Source: an uncultured Candidatus Saccharibacteria bacterium (lineage in GTDB: Bacteria > Patescibacteriota > Minisyncoccia > Minisyncoccales > CAYTKG01). From it: a DNA stretch of 64,000 bases. The notes under the pieces are model-generated. The model was not told the DNA's origin. It saw only the letters and a list, made by a program, of their open reading frames with translations, and searched no databases. Of this stretch, positions 1-10,415 are shown one piece after another (the stretch's first letter is position 1; each line of letters opens with the position of its first letter). The stretch covers positions 3,342 to 67,341 of the forward strand of contig CAYNXY010000001.1 in assembly GCA_964401285.1 (NCBI GenBank). Direction: 5' to 3'. Both the position numbers and the translations under genes were made by a program.

Positions 1-3000
1 CTCCAGTGGACTACTGCCTCTTCTGCGGAAAAGTTAAACGAGAACTCGTTCTCCACACTCTTTTGGTTTATGAAATCGGGAATCATTTTAGGAATAATTT
101 GTTCGGTGGCAGCACTAAGCAGGAGGAGAGGGATGGTTCCTGTTGTTTTTTCCTCGATGTGGATTTTTTCCCCTGTTTTTGCCTGGTGGGCAAGCAGACC
201 TCGGCAAGAAAAAACTAAACTTAGACGAAAAGATAAAATTAAACTTCGCCGTTTGGCGCGGAAGAATTGGAGATTTTTTGATGATCTCGTTGGAGCGGAA
301 ACCAACTTTTTACCTCTCGACACTTTCCAAAATACTCCGCAAAAGAAAATAGCGTGGAAAACATCTCCTACAAATATCGGACTCTATCTTCTTTCCGCTA
401 TTTCCGCCCATAATCTCGGATACATTTCCACTCTTAAATTCTTAAATCTTTTGGAAAAAACACTTTTTGCCCTGGAAAAGCTTCAAAAATACAAAGGGCA
501 CCTTTACAATTGGTACAATATTAAAAACCTCAAAATCCTGGCTCCTCATTATATATCAAGCGTTGATAGCGGGAACCTATGTGCTTCTTTTATTGTCGTT
601 AAAAACATGCTTGAAGAGCTCATGGAGTCCCCTTTCTCGACAAATAAAATACTACCCGGCTTGAAAGATGAGTTTCAACTTCTTAAAGAAAAAATTGAAA
701 AGATTGAAAACCGGAAAAAAACTTACAAAAAACATTTAGAGCGTTTGAGTTCATCAATCAACAAAACATCCGACTCTTCTTGGCAAGAATACTTAAGAAA
801 CGTAAAACAAGAAATTATTTCCTTTCGAAGTTTCTTAACCCGGGAAATGGAAACAGCTGATACAGAAGGGGCAAGGAAAATAAAAGAGATTTATTATTGG
901 CTGGAAAAATTAAGCTCCCATACGGATGATTTCTATTATGAAAGAAATGGTTTCACAAAAGACCCTAAAAAAGCAACAGAAAGCGCTGCAAGAAGATGTG
1001 AAAACCTCTCCCAAAGATTTGACAAACTCACAGAAGAAATGGACTTTAGCTTTTTATACAACCCGGATAAAAAGCTCTTTTCTTTAGGTTTCAGGGTAGA
1101 TAAAAACGAACTGGATAATATTTATTATAATTTTCTTGGCTCAGAATCACGCCTGGCTAGTTTTGTTGCTATAGCTAAAGGCGATCTCCCTGCCAAACAT
1201 TGGTTTGGGATGGAAAGAACCTTAACCAAACTGAAAAACAAAAAAGCAGTAATTTCCTGGGGAGGATCTCTTTACGAATACCTCCTCCCCAACCTATTTT
1301 TAAAAAATTATCCCGAAACTTTACTTCATGAAACAATCGAGGTAGCTGTTAAAAAACAAATCCAATACGGAGAAAGAAAAGGAATCCCCTGGGGGCTTTC
1401 CGAAAGCGCCTATAATGCCCAAAACAAGGAGGGTTTTTATCATTACAAGGCGTTCGGGGTGCCGGACTTGGGAGTTAAATTTTCTCTGGGCAAGGAACCA
1501 GTAGTAAGCCCTTATTCCACCATGCTTGCTCTCCCCCGCTTTCCTAAAAAAGCAATTAAAAATTTAAAAACACTTAAAAAGGAAGGGCTTGAAGGCGAGT
1601 ATGGTTTTTACGACGCAATAGATTACACTCCTCAAAGAATGCCTGCCGGGAAACGAGGGGTGGTTATCCCCACTTATTATGCCCACCATAAAGGTGCAAG
1701 CTTAATGGCGCTTACCGCTTCTCTTAATGACAATCCTTTTTCCAAGTATCTTTTCCGCGATTCACGTATAAAATCCGTAGAACATTTCTTGGAAGAAAAA
1801 ACTCCAAGGGAAACACCAACCCTTGAACTTCATAAGTTCAAAAAATCAAGAAAACCAAGAATAACGGAGGAAAGATTTGGGTTTTCCACCACCTATATCA
1901 CCGAACCATGTCAAGAAAACCCGAGTTCTTATTTTCTTTCCAACGGCAAATATCAAGTAATGATAGATGAGTCAGGAAGCGGATTTTCTAAATTCCAAGA
2001 TTTTTTCGTAACAAGATTCAGAAAAGACCCCACAAGAAGAGAATCAGGAACATTCTTTTATATTAAAGATCTGGACACGAAAGATATTTGGTCTTCTACT
2101 TTTCAGCCCACCAAAAAGCCACCTAAGAATTATAAAATACTTCAGCACGAAAACAAGGTGGAATTTACAAGAAAAGATGGAGGGATAGAAACCAGAACAG
2201 AAATAGTTGTAGCCCCCCGTGAAAATGCTGAAATAAGGAGGGTGACCCTAACAAACCAAAGCTCAAAAGAAAAAGAGTTAGAGATTACAAGTTACGGCAA
2301 GATAGTTATAAATGGAATGGGGCAGGACCTCACACACCCCGTATTTTCCGATATGCTTGTTTCTTCCGAGTTTCTCTCTGAAAAGAACGCTTTGCTTTTC
2401 TGCCGGCCGGAGGCTGACCAGGACACCCCTCTTTGGGCGACCCACATTATAACTGAACAAGAAGAACCGATTGAATTTTCTGCTGACCGAAAAAGTTTCA
2501 TTGGAAGGGGCAGAACACTTGAAAACCCAAAGGCCTTAGAGCAAAAACTCTCTGGTTCTTCTGGTTACACTCTTGACCCTATAATGAGTTTGAGGACTAC
2601 TGTTAAGCTTGCACCCGGGGAAAAGAAATCATTGGGGTTTACCACTGCTCTCTCTTTTCGTAAGGAAGAGGTTCTTTCTTTAGCAGATAAATATTCAAAA
2701 CTAAGCACTGTTGAGAGAACTATGCGGCTGGGAGAAAACTACGGGCAACTGGAGATGAGACAGCTTACCTTTTCTCCCGAGGAAAGCTTAATCTTCCAAA
2801 AACTTGCTTCTAAACTACTGTGGCCCGGGGAAAAATTAAGAAACACGGAAAAAATTAGAAAAAATAAAAAGAAAAAGGAAGACCTTTGGGGGTATTCCAT
2901 TTCCGGAGACCACCCCATTCTTCTCATCACAACTTCGAGCTTAAACGATTTGGATTACCTTCCTTTAATCCGCCAAACCATAAGAGCTCAGAAGTTCCTG

Positions 3001-5736
3001 CAAAGAAAAGGTTTTATATTTGACCTTGTTGTCTTAAATAAAGAAAGTGGGGGGTATAAAAAAGAACTGGAAGAAAGAATAGGGGCTTTAGGCGGAGACA
3101 AAATGTCAGGCGTATGGGGAGAAGAGCGAGGCGGTATTTTTATCCTAGGATCCGATTTTATACCGGAGGAAAACCAAAACCTTCTTGAAGCAATGGCCTC
3201 CGTCGTACTTGAGGGGAACAAGGGGTCCCTAAAAGAACAACTGGAACAAAAAGAAGAAGAGAGCAAAATTCCGCTTTTTTCTCCACATCAAAAGCAAATT
3301 GAGGCAAAAGTAGAATTAAAAGAACTAGTAAATACCGACGAACTAGCTTTTTACAACAACTTCGGCGGGTTCGACGAAGAAAAAGAAGAATACGTCATAA
3401 CACTGCGTCCAGACCAAAAAACTCCTGTTCCCTGGACAAACGTAATATCTAACCCCAATTTCGGCTTTGTTGTTTCCGAGTCGGGTTCTCAATTCACCTT
3501 TTGTGAAAACAGCAGGGATAACCGGCTCACACCCTGGTTTGGAGACCCCGTTCTGGATAATGCTGGCGAAGCGCTATTCGTGAAAGATGAAGAAACAGGA
3601 AAGAGCTGGTCCCCCCTAGCCTGGCCTAAAAGAGATAAAAACCCTTATCTTATTCGACACGGTAAAGGGTATGTGAAATTCAAACACAAATGTGAAGAAA
3701 TAAGTTCAGACCTTACGCTATTTGTCCCCCGCAGAGACCCGGTAAAAATTGTACGCTTTAAAGTTAAAAATACTTCTTCAAAAGAAAGAAAAGTTTCCAT
3801 CTATTATTTCTTGGAATGGGTGTTGGGAGAACTAAGAAGTAAAACTTGGCCCCACATCGTTACAGAAATTGACGAAAAAAGTAAAGCAATAATTGCCCTC
3901 AACCCGTTAAGTGAAAGTTTTTCGGAAAGAAAAGCTTTTCTTTGGGGAGAAAACCCGACAAGCTTAACGGGAGACAGAAAAGAAATTCTCGGCCCGGGAA
4001 GAGGTTGGAGCACCCCGGCAGGCCTGGACAAAGAAACTCTCTCAGGAAAAGTCGGGGCAGGGTTTGACCCAGGAGCGGGGGTTCAAAGACGCCTCAATCT
4101 AAAACCCGATGAGGAAAAAGAAATAGTGTTTCTTTTGGGAGAAGTAAAAAGCAAAAAAGAAATCCAAGCACTGATTGAGAAATACAAAAATCACGACAAT
4201 ATAGAAAACTCGCTGAAAGAAGTGAAGAGCTATTGGGAAAAAACTACCTCAACCCTAGAGGTTGAAACCCCGGATAAGGCATTGAACGTGTTGTCAAGCT
4301 GGCTTCCTTACCAAATATTAAGCTGCAGAGTGTGGGCTAGATCATCTTTTTACCAACCCGGAGGTGCTTACGGTTTCCGCGACCAGCTGCAAGACGCGAT
4401 GGGGCTTGGGATAAACCACCCTGAAATCCTTAAAAAACACATAATCAGAGCGGCAAAAAGACAATACAGAGACGGCGGGGTTCAACATTGGTGGAAACCA
4501 GTGAGCAATTTAGGCCTGAGAAGTTCTTACACTGACGATCCGCTTTGGCTGGTCTACATTGTCTCCTACTATGTTCAGCTCACAGGAGATTACGAGTTTC
4601 TAGATAGAAGTCTCCCATTTTTGGAAAGCACCAAAGAGGGCTACCCCGAAAGCGAAACAATGGAAACTGCCACGCTATCTTCCGATAAAGCAAGCTTATT
4701 TGAACATTGCATGAGAGCAATAGAAAAAACCTTTGACCTTGGAGCACACGGTCTGCCAAAAATGAAAGGGGGTGACTGGAATGACGGAATGAATAAAGTA
4801 GGAGTAGAAGGACAGGGAGAAAGTATTTGGCTGGCTTGGTTTGAAATAAAAGTGTTGGAAGAGTTCTCCGAGGCAGCAAAGAAAAAAGGAGAAAAAGAAG
4901 CTTGGAGAGAACTAAACTCCAAAATAAAGAAACTCAAAAAAGAAGTGGAAAGAACCGGTTGGGACGGAGAATGGTACAGACGAGCTTATTTTGACGATGG
5001 CACACCTTTGGGCTCAAAAGAAAACAGAGAATGTAAGATCACTCTTACCCCTCAGGCCTGGGCGTTTATCTCCGGCGGTAAAGATAAAAAGCGACTCGAA
5101 GCAGCTCAAGTTTCTTGCGAAAAGTACCTGGTAGATGAAAATGAAAAATTAATTAACCTGCTCTGGCCTCCTTTTAAAAACCCCGAGCGCGACCCCGGCT
5201 ACATTAAAAACTATCCACCAGGCGTTAGAGAAAATGGAGCTTGCTACCTGCACGCAGCAATGTTTTATATTTTAGGCCTCATCAATCAAAAGAAAAAAGA
5301 CAGAGCTTGGGAGCTTTTCAGCTGGTTCAACCCAATAAAAAGAAGTTCTACCTCGAAACAAGTTGAAAAATACAAAGTTGAACCCTACATCTTGCCCAGC
5401 GACATTTATGCTTCTCTATCTCCCGGAGCAGGAGGATGGAGTTGGTATACAGGCACCGCTGCTTGGGTCTGGAGAATAACAGCTGAGTTCATATTAGGTT
5501 TAAAGATACGAGGAGAATACTTTATGGTTGAACCCTGCCTACCTTCTTCTTGGCCGGGATACAAAATGACCCTCAGGCATGGTTCTGATACTTACGAGAT
5601 TACAGTTCAAAATTCGAAAGAAGAGGGCAAAGGAAAAAGAATAAAACTGGACAATAAAAAAATAGAAGGCGAAAGAATCGCCTTCCAAAACGACGGCAAA
5701 CGGCATAAAGTAGAAGTTTTCTTAAAAAAAGAGTAA
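1..5736 (+). CDS. Cyclic beta-1,2-glucan synthase (NdvB/ChvB/Cgs)-like giant protein with tandem GH94 glycoside-phosphorylase modules; 5'-partial. The ORF track starts at 70, but the frame is open to nt 1.
   Basis: The same frame as the 70..5736 ORF has no stop from nt 1, so the gene continues upstream of the window. Motifs match the NdvB post-glycosyltransferase region: WRFFDDLV...NFLPLDTFQ...TSPTNIGLYLLS and SESRLASFVAIAKGDLP. There are two GH94 N-terminal beta-sandwich signatures (GKYQVMIDESGSGFS; PWTNVISNPNFGFVVSESGSQFTFCENSRDNRLTPW). The GH94 catalytic (alpha/alpha)6 motif FYQPGGAYGFRDQLQDAMG is present. A TM helix lies at the start of the visible part. Confidence 0.7.
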   Translation, partial: LQWTTASSAEKLNENSFSTLFWFMKSGIILGIICSVAALSRRRGMVPVVFSSMWIFSPVFAWWASRPRQEKTKLRRKDKIKLRRLARKNWRFFDDLVGAETNFLPLDTFQNTPQKKIAWKTSPTNIGLYLLSAISAHNLGYISTLKFLNLLEKTLFALEKLQKYKGHLYNWYNIKNLKILAPHYISSVDSGNLCASFIVVKNMLEELMESPFSTNKILPGLKDEFQLLKEKIEKIENRKKTYKKHLERLSSSINKTSDSSWQEYLRNVKQEIISFRSFLTREMETADTEGARKIKEIYYWLEKLSSHTDDFYYERNGFTKDPKKATESAARRCENLSQRFDKLTEEMDFSFLYNPDKKLFSLGFRVDKNELDNIYYNFLGSESRLASFVAIAKGDLPAKHWFGMERTLTKLKNKKAVISWGGSLYEYLLPNLFLKNYPETLLHETIEVAVKKQIQYGERKGIPWGLSESAYNAQNKEGFYHYKAFGVPDLGVKFSLGKEPVVSPYSTMLALPRFPKKAIKNLKTLKKEGLEGEYGFYDAIDYTPQRMPAGKRGVVIPTYYAHHKGASLMALTASLNDNPFSKYLFRDSRIKSVEHFLEEKTPRETPTLELHKFKKSRKPRITEERFGFSTTYITEPCQENPSSYFLSNGKYQVMIDESGSGFSKFQDFFVTRFRKDPTRRESGTFFYIKDLDTKDIWSSTFQPTKKPPKNYKILQHENKVEFTRKDGGIETRTEIVVAPRENAEIRRVTLTNQSSKEKELEITSYGKIVINGMGQDLTHPVFSDMLVSSEFLSEKNALLFCRPEADQDTPLWATHIITEQEEPIEFSADRKSFIGRGRTLENPKALEQKLSGSSGYTLDPIMSLRTTVKLAPGEKKSLGFTTALSFRKEEVLSLADKYSKLSTVERTMRLGENYGQLEMRQLTFSPEESLIFQKLASKLLWPGEKLRNTEKIRKNKKKKEDLWGYSISGDHPILLITTSSLNDLDYLPLIRQTIRAQKFLQRKGFIFDLVVLNKESGGYKKELEERIGALGGDKMSGVWGEERGGIFILGSDFIPEENQNLLEAMASVVLEGNKGSLKEQLEQKEEESKIPLFSPHQKQIEAKVELKELVNTDELAFYNNFGGFDEEKEEYVITLRPDQKTPVPWTNVISNPNFGFVVSESGSQFTFCENSRDNRLTPWFGDPVLDNAGEALFVKDEETGKSWSPLAWPKRDKNPYLIRHGKGYVKFKHKCEEISSDLTLFVPRRDPVKIVRFKVKNTSSKERKVSIYYFLEWVLGELRSKTWPHIVTEIDEKSKAIIALNPLSESFSERKAFLWGENPTSLTGDRKEILGPGRGWSTPAGLDKETLSGKVGAGFDPGAGVQRRLNLKPDEEKEIVFLLGEVKSKKEIQALIEKYKNHDNIENSLKEVKSYWEKTTSTLEVETPDKALNVLSSWLPYQILSCRVWARSSFYQPGGAYGFRDQLQDAMGLGINHPEILKKHIIRAAKRQYRDGGVQHWWKPVSNLGLRSSYTDDPLWLVYIVSYYVQLTGDYEFLDRSLPFLESTKEGYPESETMETATLSSDKASLFEHCMRAIEKTFDLGAHGLPKMKGGDWNDGMNKVGVEGQGESIWLAWFEIKVLEEFSEAAKKKGEKEAWRELNSKIKKLKKEVERTGWDGEWYRRAYFDDGTPLGSKENRECKITLTPQAWAFISGGKDKKRLEAAQVSCEKYLVDENEKLINLLWPPFKNPERDPGYIKNYPPGVRENGACYLHAAMFYILGLINQKKKDRAWELFSWFNPIKRSSTSKQVEKYKVEPYILPSDIYASLSPGAGGWSWYTGTAAWVWRITAEFILGLKIRGEYFMVEPCLPSSWPGYKMTLRHGSDTYEITVQNSKEEGKGKRIKLDNKKIEGERIAFQNDGKRHKVEVFLKKE

Positions 5737-5737
5737 C

Positions 5738-7045
5738 TTAAAACTCCTTGAGCTTATCTGCCTCCTCATGCTCGCGCAGTTTTTTCAGGGCGCGAGCTGC
5801 AATCTGACGTATTCTTTCTCTTGTCACCCCGAATTCCTGGCCCACCTCCTCCAAGGTGTGCTTCACCCCGTCTTCCAGGCCAAAACGCATCTCAAGAATC
5901 TTTTGCTCGCGCGGGGTTAGATCTTTCATAAGGTCTGAGAGCCGCTCTTTTAAAAGAGCACGAGTTGCTTCCTGGAGAGGGGTTGTGCTTTCCGTATCCT
6001 CGATGAACTCTTGCAAAAGGGTGTCCTGGTCTTCTCCAACCGGTGTTTCAAGCGAGATAGTACCCTTTATTATCTTTCTTATTTTTCTTACCTTAGATAA
6101 GCTTAAGCCCATCTCGGCAGCCATCTCTTCGGGTAGAGGCTCTCTCCCTAACTGTTTTCTCAACCTTCTTTGTTCTTTTGTATATTTGGAAAGTGTTTCC
6201 ACCATATGAACAGGAATTCTTATGGTCCTCGAATAGTCAGCCAAGGCTCTGGTAATCGCCTGTCTTATCCACCAGGTAGCATAAGTTGAAAATTTGTAAC
6301 CCTTTTTCCAGTCAAACTTTTCAACTGCACGAAACAGGCCCCTGTTCCCTTCTTGAATAAGGTCTAAAAAGCTAAGATAGGGAGAACGACCAATATATCT
6401 TTTAGCAATGGAAACAACCAGCCTCAAGTTCGCTTGAATCATTTTCTTTCTGGCCGCTTCTTTTTCCGCCCTATCGCCATTATTTATTTTTTTTGCAAGT
6501 TCTACCTCTTCCTTGCGAGAAAGAAGCGGGGTGCGCCCGATTTCCTTAAGATACATCTGAACCGGGTCCACCTTTCTCCTCTTCTCAATCGGACCCTCTT
6601 CTTCTTCCATTTCTAAAAATCCTCTTTTTTCTTTTATTTCCACTCCTTCTTCAGCCAACCGGCTGTAAAGCTTCTCCAGGCCTTCAATGTCTTTTTCCAA
6701 ATAAGAAAAGGTATTCAAAATCTCCGCCTCGGTTACAAACCCCCTGGCCCTTCCTCTTTCCACGAAATCTTCCACTTTTTCTTTTCTAAAAACTTTAGAT
6801 TTGGGCATCGAACTACCCGGCAAAGTTAAATCCAGCTCTCCCAGCGCTTCTTTTATCTCCTGCACCGATTTTTCACCAATCCCTTCTTTCTCAAGAAGGG
6901 TTTCTTCTTTTCTTCTTAAAAGTCCGGCCACTGTTTTAATATTGTTGCCCCGCAAAGCATTTTCCGTCCGAGTGGAGAGGCCGAGCTCCGTTACTGTGAT
7001 TGACTTTTTTTCTTCCAAATTCTTTTTATTCATTGATATTTTCAA
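5738..7045 (-). CDS. rpoD: RNA polymerase sigma-70 factor RpoD with an extra N-terminal alpha-CTD-like helix-hairpin-helix domain
   Basis: Region 1.2/2 ([23 protein letters not shown]), region 2.4 ([12 protein letters not shown]) and region 4 ([15 protein letters not shown]...[19 protein letters not shown]) are present. It lies immediately downstream of dnaG, the classical dnaG-rpoD arrangement. Confidence 0.9.
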   Translation of the reverse strand: MKISMNKKNLEEKKSITVTELGLSTRTENALRGNNIKTVAGLLRRKEETLLEKEGIGEKSVQEIKEALGELDLTLPGSSMPKSKVFRKEKVEDFVERGRARGFVTEAEILNTFSYLEKDIEGLEKLYSRLAEEGVEIKEKRGFLEMEEEEGPIEKRRKVDPVQMYLKEIGRTPLLSRKEEVELAKKINNGDRAEKEAARKKMIQANLRLVVSIAKRYIGRSPYLSFLDLIQEGNRGLFRAVEKFDWKKGYKFSTYATWWIRQAITRALADYSRTIRIPVHMVETLSKYTKEQRRLRKQLGREPLPEEMAAEMGLSLSKVRKIRKIIKGTISLETPVGEDQDTLLQEFIEDTESTTPLQEATRALLKERLSDLMKDLTPREQKILEMRFGLEDGVKHTLEEVGQEFGVTRERIRQIAARALKKLREHEEADKLKEF

Positions 7046-8789
7046 TTTGTTTTGAAAGTTTATTAAAGTTTTCTGTTAACAATTTAACTTTTGACTCATC
7101 CCCCATCCTTTCCGCTTCTTTCAATCTTTTCGAAAGTGCCTTGAGTTCTTCTTTTCTCCTGATGTTTTTAATAACAGCAATACATTTTTTAACTTCATCT
7201 TTAACATTTTCCACCTCACCCATAACCTCTTTTCTTAAAAGAGCCATTTGCACTTTTTGGAACAGAGCTTGAGAAAGTTCTTCTTCAAGCTTCTTCGGAT
7301 CAAGAGCCTCCTTTCTAAAAACGGTGAAAAGCTCAACTGCTTCCGGAGAAAAAAACTCCATATCTTCTTTTTTGATATACTCTGCTGCTTCCGGGTCTTG
7401 AATCAAAAAGTAAAGCAACTCATCCTCCATCATCTCTTCTTTACTTTTTTGTCTTTCTTGCCTGTCTTCGTCTCCCGATTCTACTTCTTGTTTAAAAGTG
7501 GGGGTCTCCTCTTTTATTTTTACTTTTTTAAGCTCCCTTTCTATACTTTCCTCGCTCACCTTAAGCCCTTCCGCTATCTTTTGAATCCAGTGGAACCGCA
7601 CTATCTCGTTGGGAACTCTTTTTATAACCGGAAGTAATGTTTTTGCTATCTTTTTCTTCTCTTGTGCTTTGTCCGGGTCAAACTTCTCAAAAGCGGTTTG
7701 AAAATAATACTCTAAAACACCCTTAGCTTCTTCCACTAACTCTTTCCATTTCCCCGGTTTTTCTTTAATCACGTCAGCCGGGTCATGATTCCCCGACATA
7801 AGAATCACCTCCGTTTCAAAACCTTTCTTTTGAGCAAGTGCAATACCTCTTCTCGTAGCCGCACTACCCGCGCTGTCTGCATCAAAAGAAAATTGAAGAC
7901 GATCTGTATATCTTTTAAGGATACGAAGTTGATAAGATGTCAGCGCCGTACCCGAAGAAGCAACAATGTTTTCAATCCCGACTTGGGAAGAAAGGATAAC
8001 ATCCGTATACCCTTCGGTTACAATACAAGCATCTTTTTCTCTCACCGCAACTTTGGCTTTATTAAGCCCATAAAGCACTTTGCTTTTATTGTAAAGAGGT
8101 GTGTTTGAAGTATTAACATACTTAGCCGTGCTCTCCCCCATTCTCTTAAAAACCCTACCGCCAAACCCGATTACTCGTCCGTGCAGGTCAAAAACAGGAA
8201 ACATAATCCTGCCCCTAAAACGATCGTAATAATTACCTTTTTTATTTAAAACGGAAAGCCCTGTTTTTCTTATCTCTTCCTTTGTAAAACCGCGGGAAGT
8301 TAAAAAACGAGACAAAGAACGCCATTTATCGGGAGAATAACCCAGCCGCCACTTGCGAATTGAATCCTTATTTATCCCTCTTTCTTCAATCAAATACTTG
8401 TTTGCAAGCTGACCAGCTTTACTTTTTTGGAGCTGCTTTTCAAAAAAACGGCTTGCTAAATCACAAATTTCATAAAGCCGTTTCTTCTTACTTCTTGCCT
8501 TGTGGCTAACTTTCTTTAACTCAACCCCGGCCTTCCGGGCCAAGATTTCAAGTGCTTCTCTAAATTCCACCCCTTCAATTTCTTTCACAAATCCGTACAC
8601 ATCCCCTCCTTTGTCACACCCGAAGCATTTCCAAATCTGCTTACTGGGAGAAACAAAAAGAGAAGGTTTTTTATCGGAATGAAAAGGACAACGAGCTCTA
8701 TAATTGGCTCCTGCTTTTTCCAGCTTGATATAATCCTTAATGACATCTACTATGTCCAATCTGTTTTTAATTTCCTCAACCTGGTCCAT
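7026..8789 (-). CDS. dnaG: DNA primase DnaG
   Basis: Zinc-ribbon [25 protein letters not shown] and [16 protein letters not shown]. It overlaps the rpoD start by 20 nt. Confidence 0.9.
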   Translation of the reverse strand: MDQVEEIKNRLDIVDVIKDYIKLEKAGANYRARCPFHSDKKPSLFVSPSKQIWKCFGCDKGGDVYGFVKEIEGVEFREALEILARKAGVELKKVSHKARSKKKRLYEICDLASRFFEKQLQKSKAGQLANKYLIEERGINKDSIRKWRLGYSPDKWRSLSRFLTSRGFTKEEIRKTGLSVLNKKGNYYDRFRGRIMFPVFDLHGRVIGFGGRVFKRMGESTAKYVNTSNTPLYNKSKVLYGLNKAKVAVREKDACIVTEGYTDVILSSQVGIENIVASSGTALTSYQLRILKRYTDRLQFSFDADSAGSAATRRGIALAQKKGFETEVILMSGNHDPADVIKEKPGKWKELVEEAKGVLEYYFQTAFEKFDPDKAQEKKKIAKTLLPVIKRVPNEIVRFHWIQKIAEGLKVSEESIERELKKVKIKEETPTFKQEVESGDEDRQERQKSKEEMMEDELLYFLIQDPEAAEYIKKEDMEFFSPEAVELFTVFRKEALDPKKLEEELSQALFQKVQMALLRKEVMGEVENVKDEVKKCIAVIKNIRRKEELKALSKRLKEAERMGDESKVKLLTENFNKLSKQIENINE

Positions 8790-8901
8790 TCTTTGTTTTT
8801 AGTTTAACATCAACCCCCGATTTGTCAAAAAAGAAAAGATTTCAATAAATAAACTTGCCTCCAAAACGTGAGGCAGCTTAAAAATAATTTGTACTGACAG
8901 C

Positions 8902-9447
8902 TTACTCGGGGATTCTCGTAATGATATCTATCTTGTGATGAGGAATAAAATAGGTCTTTCCTTCACCGTTTTTTAAGATAGTTCTTCTGAGATTAATATC
9001 TGTCACAGTCCCTTCTTCCCCACCAACAGAAACCTTGTCTCCTACCTTGTACTGGCCGGAAAAAAGTATAAAAATTCCTGAAACATAATCTTCTATCGCC
9101 TTTTTTGAAGCTCTGCCAATCGCAAACGCCACCAGCGCACCACCGGCAAGAAGCGCCTGGATATTAATTCCAAATTCAGGGAGAATAGTCAAAAAAGCAA
9201 ACCCCCACACCAAAGTAGTAAAAATACTGGAAAGAACCCCGTAAAGGGTTTCTTTTCGTTTTTCGTTCGTCTTTGCCACCCTATTTCTTAATTCGAATGT
9301 CTTCTCCAGCAAACGCCTTAATAACCTCTCCCCCAGTTTTTGCGCAATTAAAGAAGCAATAAGAATGCTTACTACTTTTACTCCTGAAGTAAGAATCCAG
9401 CTCGTTAATACCTCGCAATATTTTTTACTCAATAAAATATCAAACAT
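8902..9447 (-). CDS. Small mechanosensitive-channel (MscS)-like membrane protein
   Basis: Two TM helices followed by an MscS beta-domain-like motif GQYKVGDKVSVGGEEGTVTDINLRRTILKNGEGKTYFIPHHKI. Confidence 0.5.
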   Translation of the reverse strand: MFDILLSKKYCEVLTSWILTSGVKVVSILIASLIAQKLGERLLRRLLEKTFELRNRVAKTNEKRKETLYGVLSSIFTTLVWGFAFLTILPEFGINIQALLAGGALVAFAIGRASKKAIEDYVSGIFILFSGQYKVGDKVSVGGEEGTVTDINLRRTILKNGEGKTYFIPHHKIDIITRIPE

Positions 9448-9534
9448 ATTTTTTAACTATTTTACTCTATCTAATTCTAGCATTTTTCCCCGAATTTTCA
9501 AAACAAACGGACCCGCTAAGAATTACACTTACAA

Positions 9535-10230
9535 CTAAAATATTAAAAAACTCCACCAGGGGCTTCCAACCGAAACCACCTTCCCGTTTTGAGCGTTAAT
9601 TTTTACTTTCATCTTCATCTCCATCGGAAAAATAAAAAAGAGCTTAGCTCTTCTACTCCCCTCAACAATGTATAACATCTCTTCTTCCAAGCTGCTCGCA
9701 CCTACAAGCTCAATCTTTTTTATTTCCCCCACACCTGCTCTTCTGGCCCTCCCTGCAACAACCTCCTCTGAAACTTTTTCTTTTTTGCAATCCTTGGGAC
9801 AATTACACTTGTTCTCCCAGGACTCGCAATCACCATTACCACAGTCAGAGCAAATTGAAGGCCGGCCAACCACTTTAACTTCACAATCTTTATCATAAAC
9901 CGAAGCAGGCAGCAACTCAGTAAGGCCGGGGCAGCACTTTGAAACCTGCACCTCCTCCCCCGCTTTTTTACAGGGGAGTTCTTTTCGATATTCTTTCCCG
10001 CACCCTCCTCTATAAAAAGCCCAAGCTTCACAACTCGCCCCGTCCGGAAAAACACATACCCCCTGCTCTCCTCCCTCCGGCCCTTCTTTTATCTTGTGCT
10101 CATACCCCATTTCCTCGCAATAAGTTGCCGCCGGGTTAGCAAGAGCGGCCACTTCCAAAGGGAAAAACCCAAGAAAAATCCCACAAGTCAAAAGAAAGAT
10201 TAATAAGTTTAAAAATATTTTATTTTCCAT
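9535..10230 (-). CDS. Secreted cysteine-rich protein with an N-terminal DUF333 (putative hemolysin-like) domain
   Basis: Signal peptide, then ANPAATYCEEMGYEH...GGEQGVCVFPDGASCEAWAFYRGGCG (DUF333-like pattern). A second Cys-rich block follows (CCPGL...CSDCGNGDCESWENKCNCPKDC). Confidence 0.4.
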   Translation of the reverse strand: MENKIFLNLLIFLLTCGIFLGFFPLEVAALANPAATYCEEMGYEHKIKEGPEGGEQGVCVFPDGASCEAWAFYRGGCGKEYRKELPCKKAGEEVQVSKCCPGLTELLPASVYDKDCEVKVVGRPSICSDCGNGDCESWENKCNCPKDCKKEKVSEEVVAGRARRAGVGEIKKIELVGASSLEEEMLYIVEGSRRAKLFFIFPMEMKMKVKINAQNGKVVSVGSPWWSFLIF

Positions 10231-10415
10231 AATGAATTTCCATCAAATTTTCCTTATTCTTAATTGAAGACCTTTATCTGCTATATACATTATATATTAT
10301 TAAGATTATTCTTAAACCAACTTGCCCACAGATCAAATACTTGACTTAAACACTAATTTGTGCTACTTTATCTTTAAGTTCATTGTATCTTTTACGCTTT
10401 TAAGGAGGAGGAACC

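Noticed and set aside
6-352. Short ORFs 6..218 and 143..352 at the window start
   Set aside because: They lie in other frames inside the large GH94 gene, whose frame is open from nt 1. No independent support.
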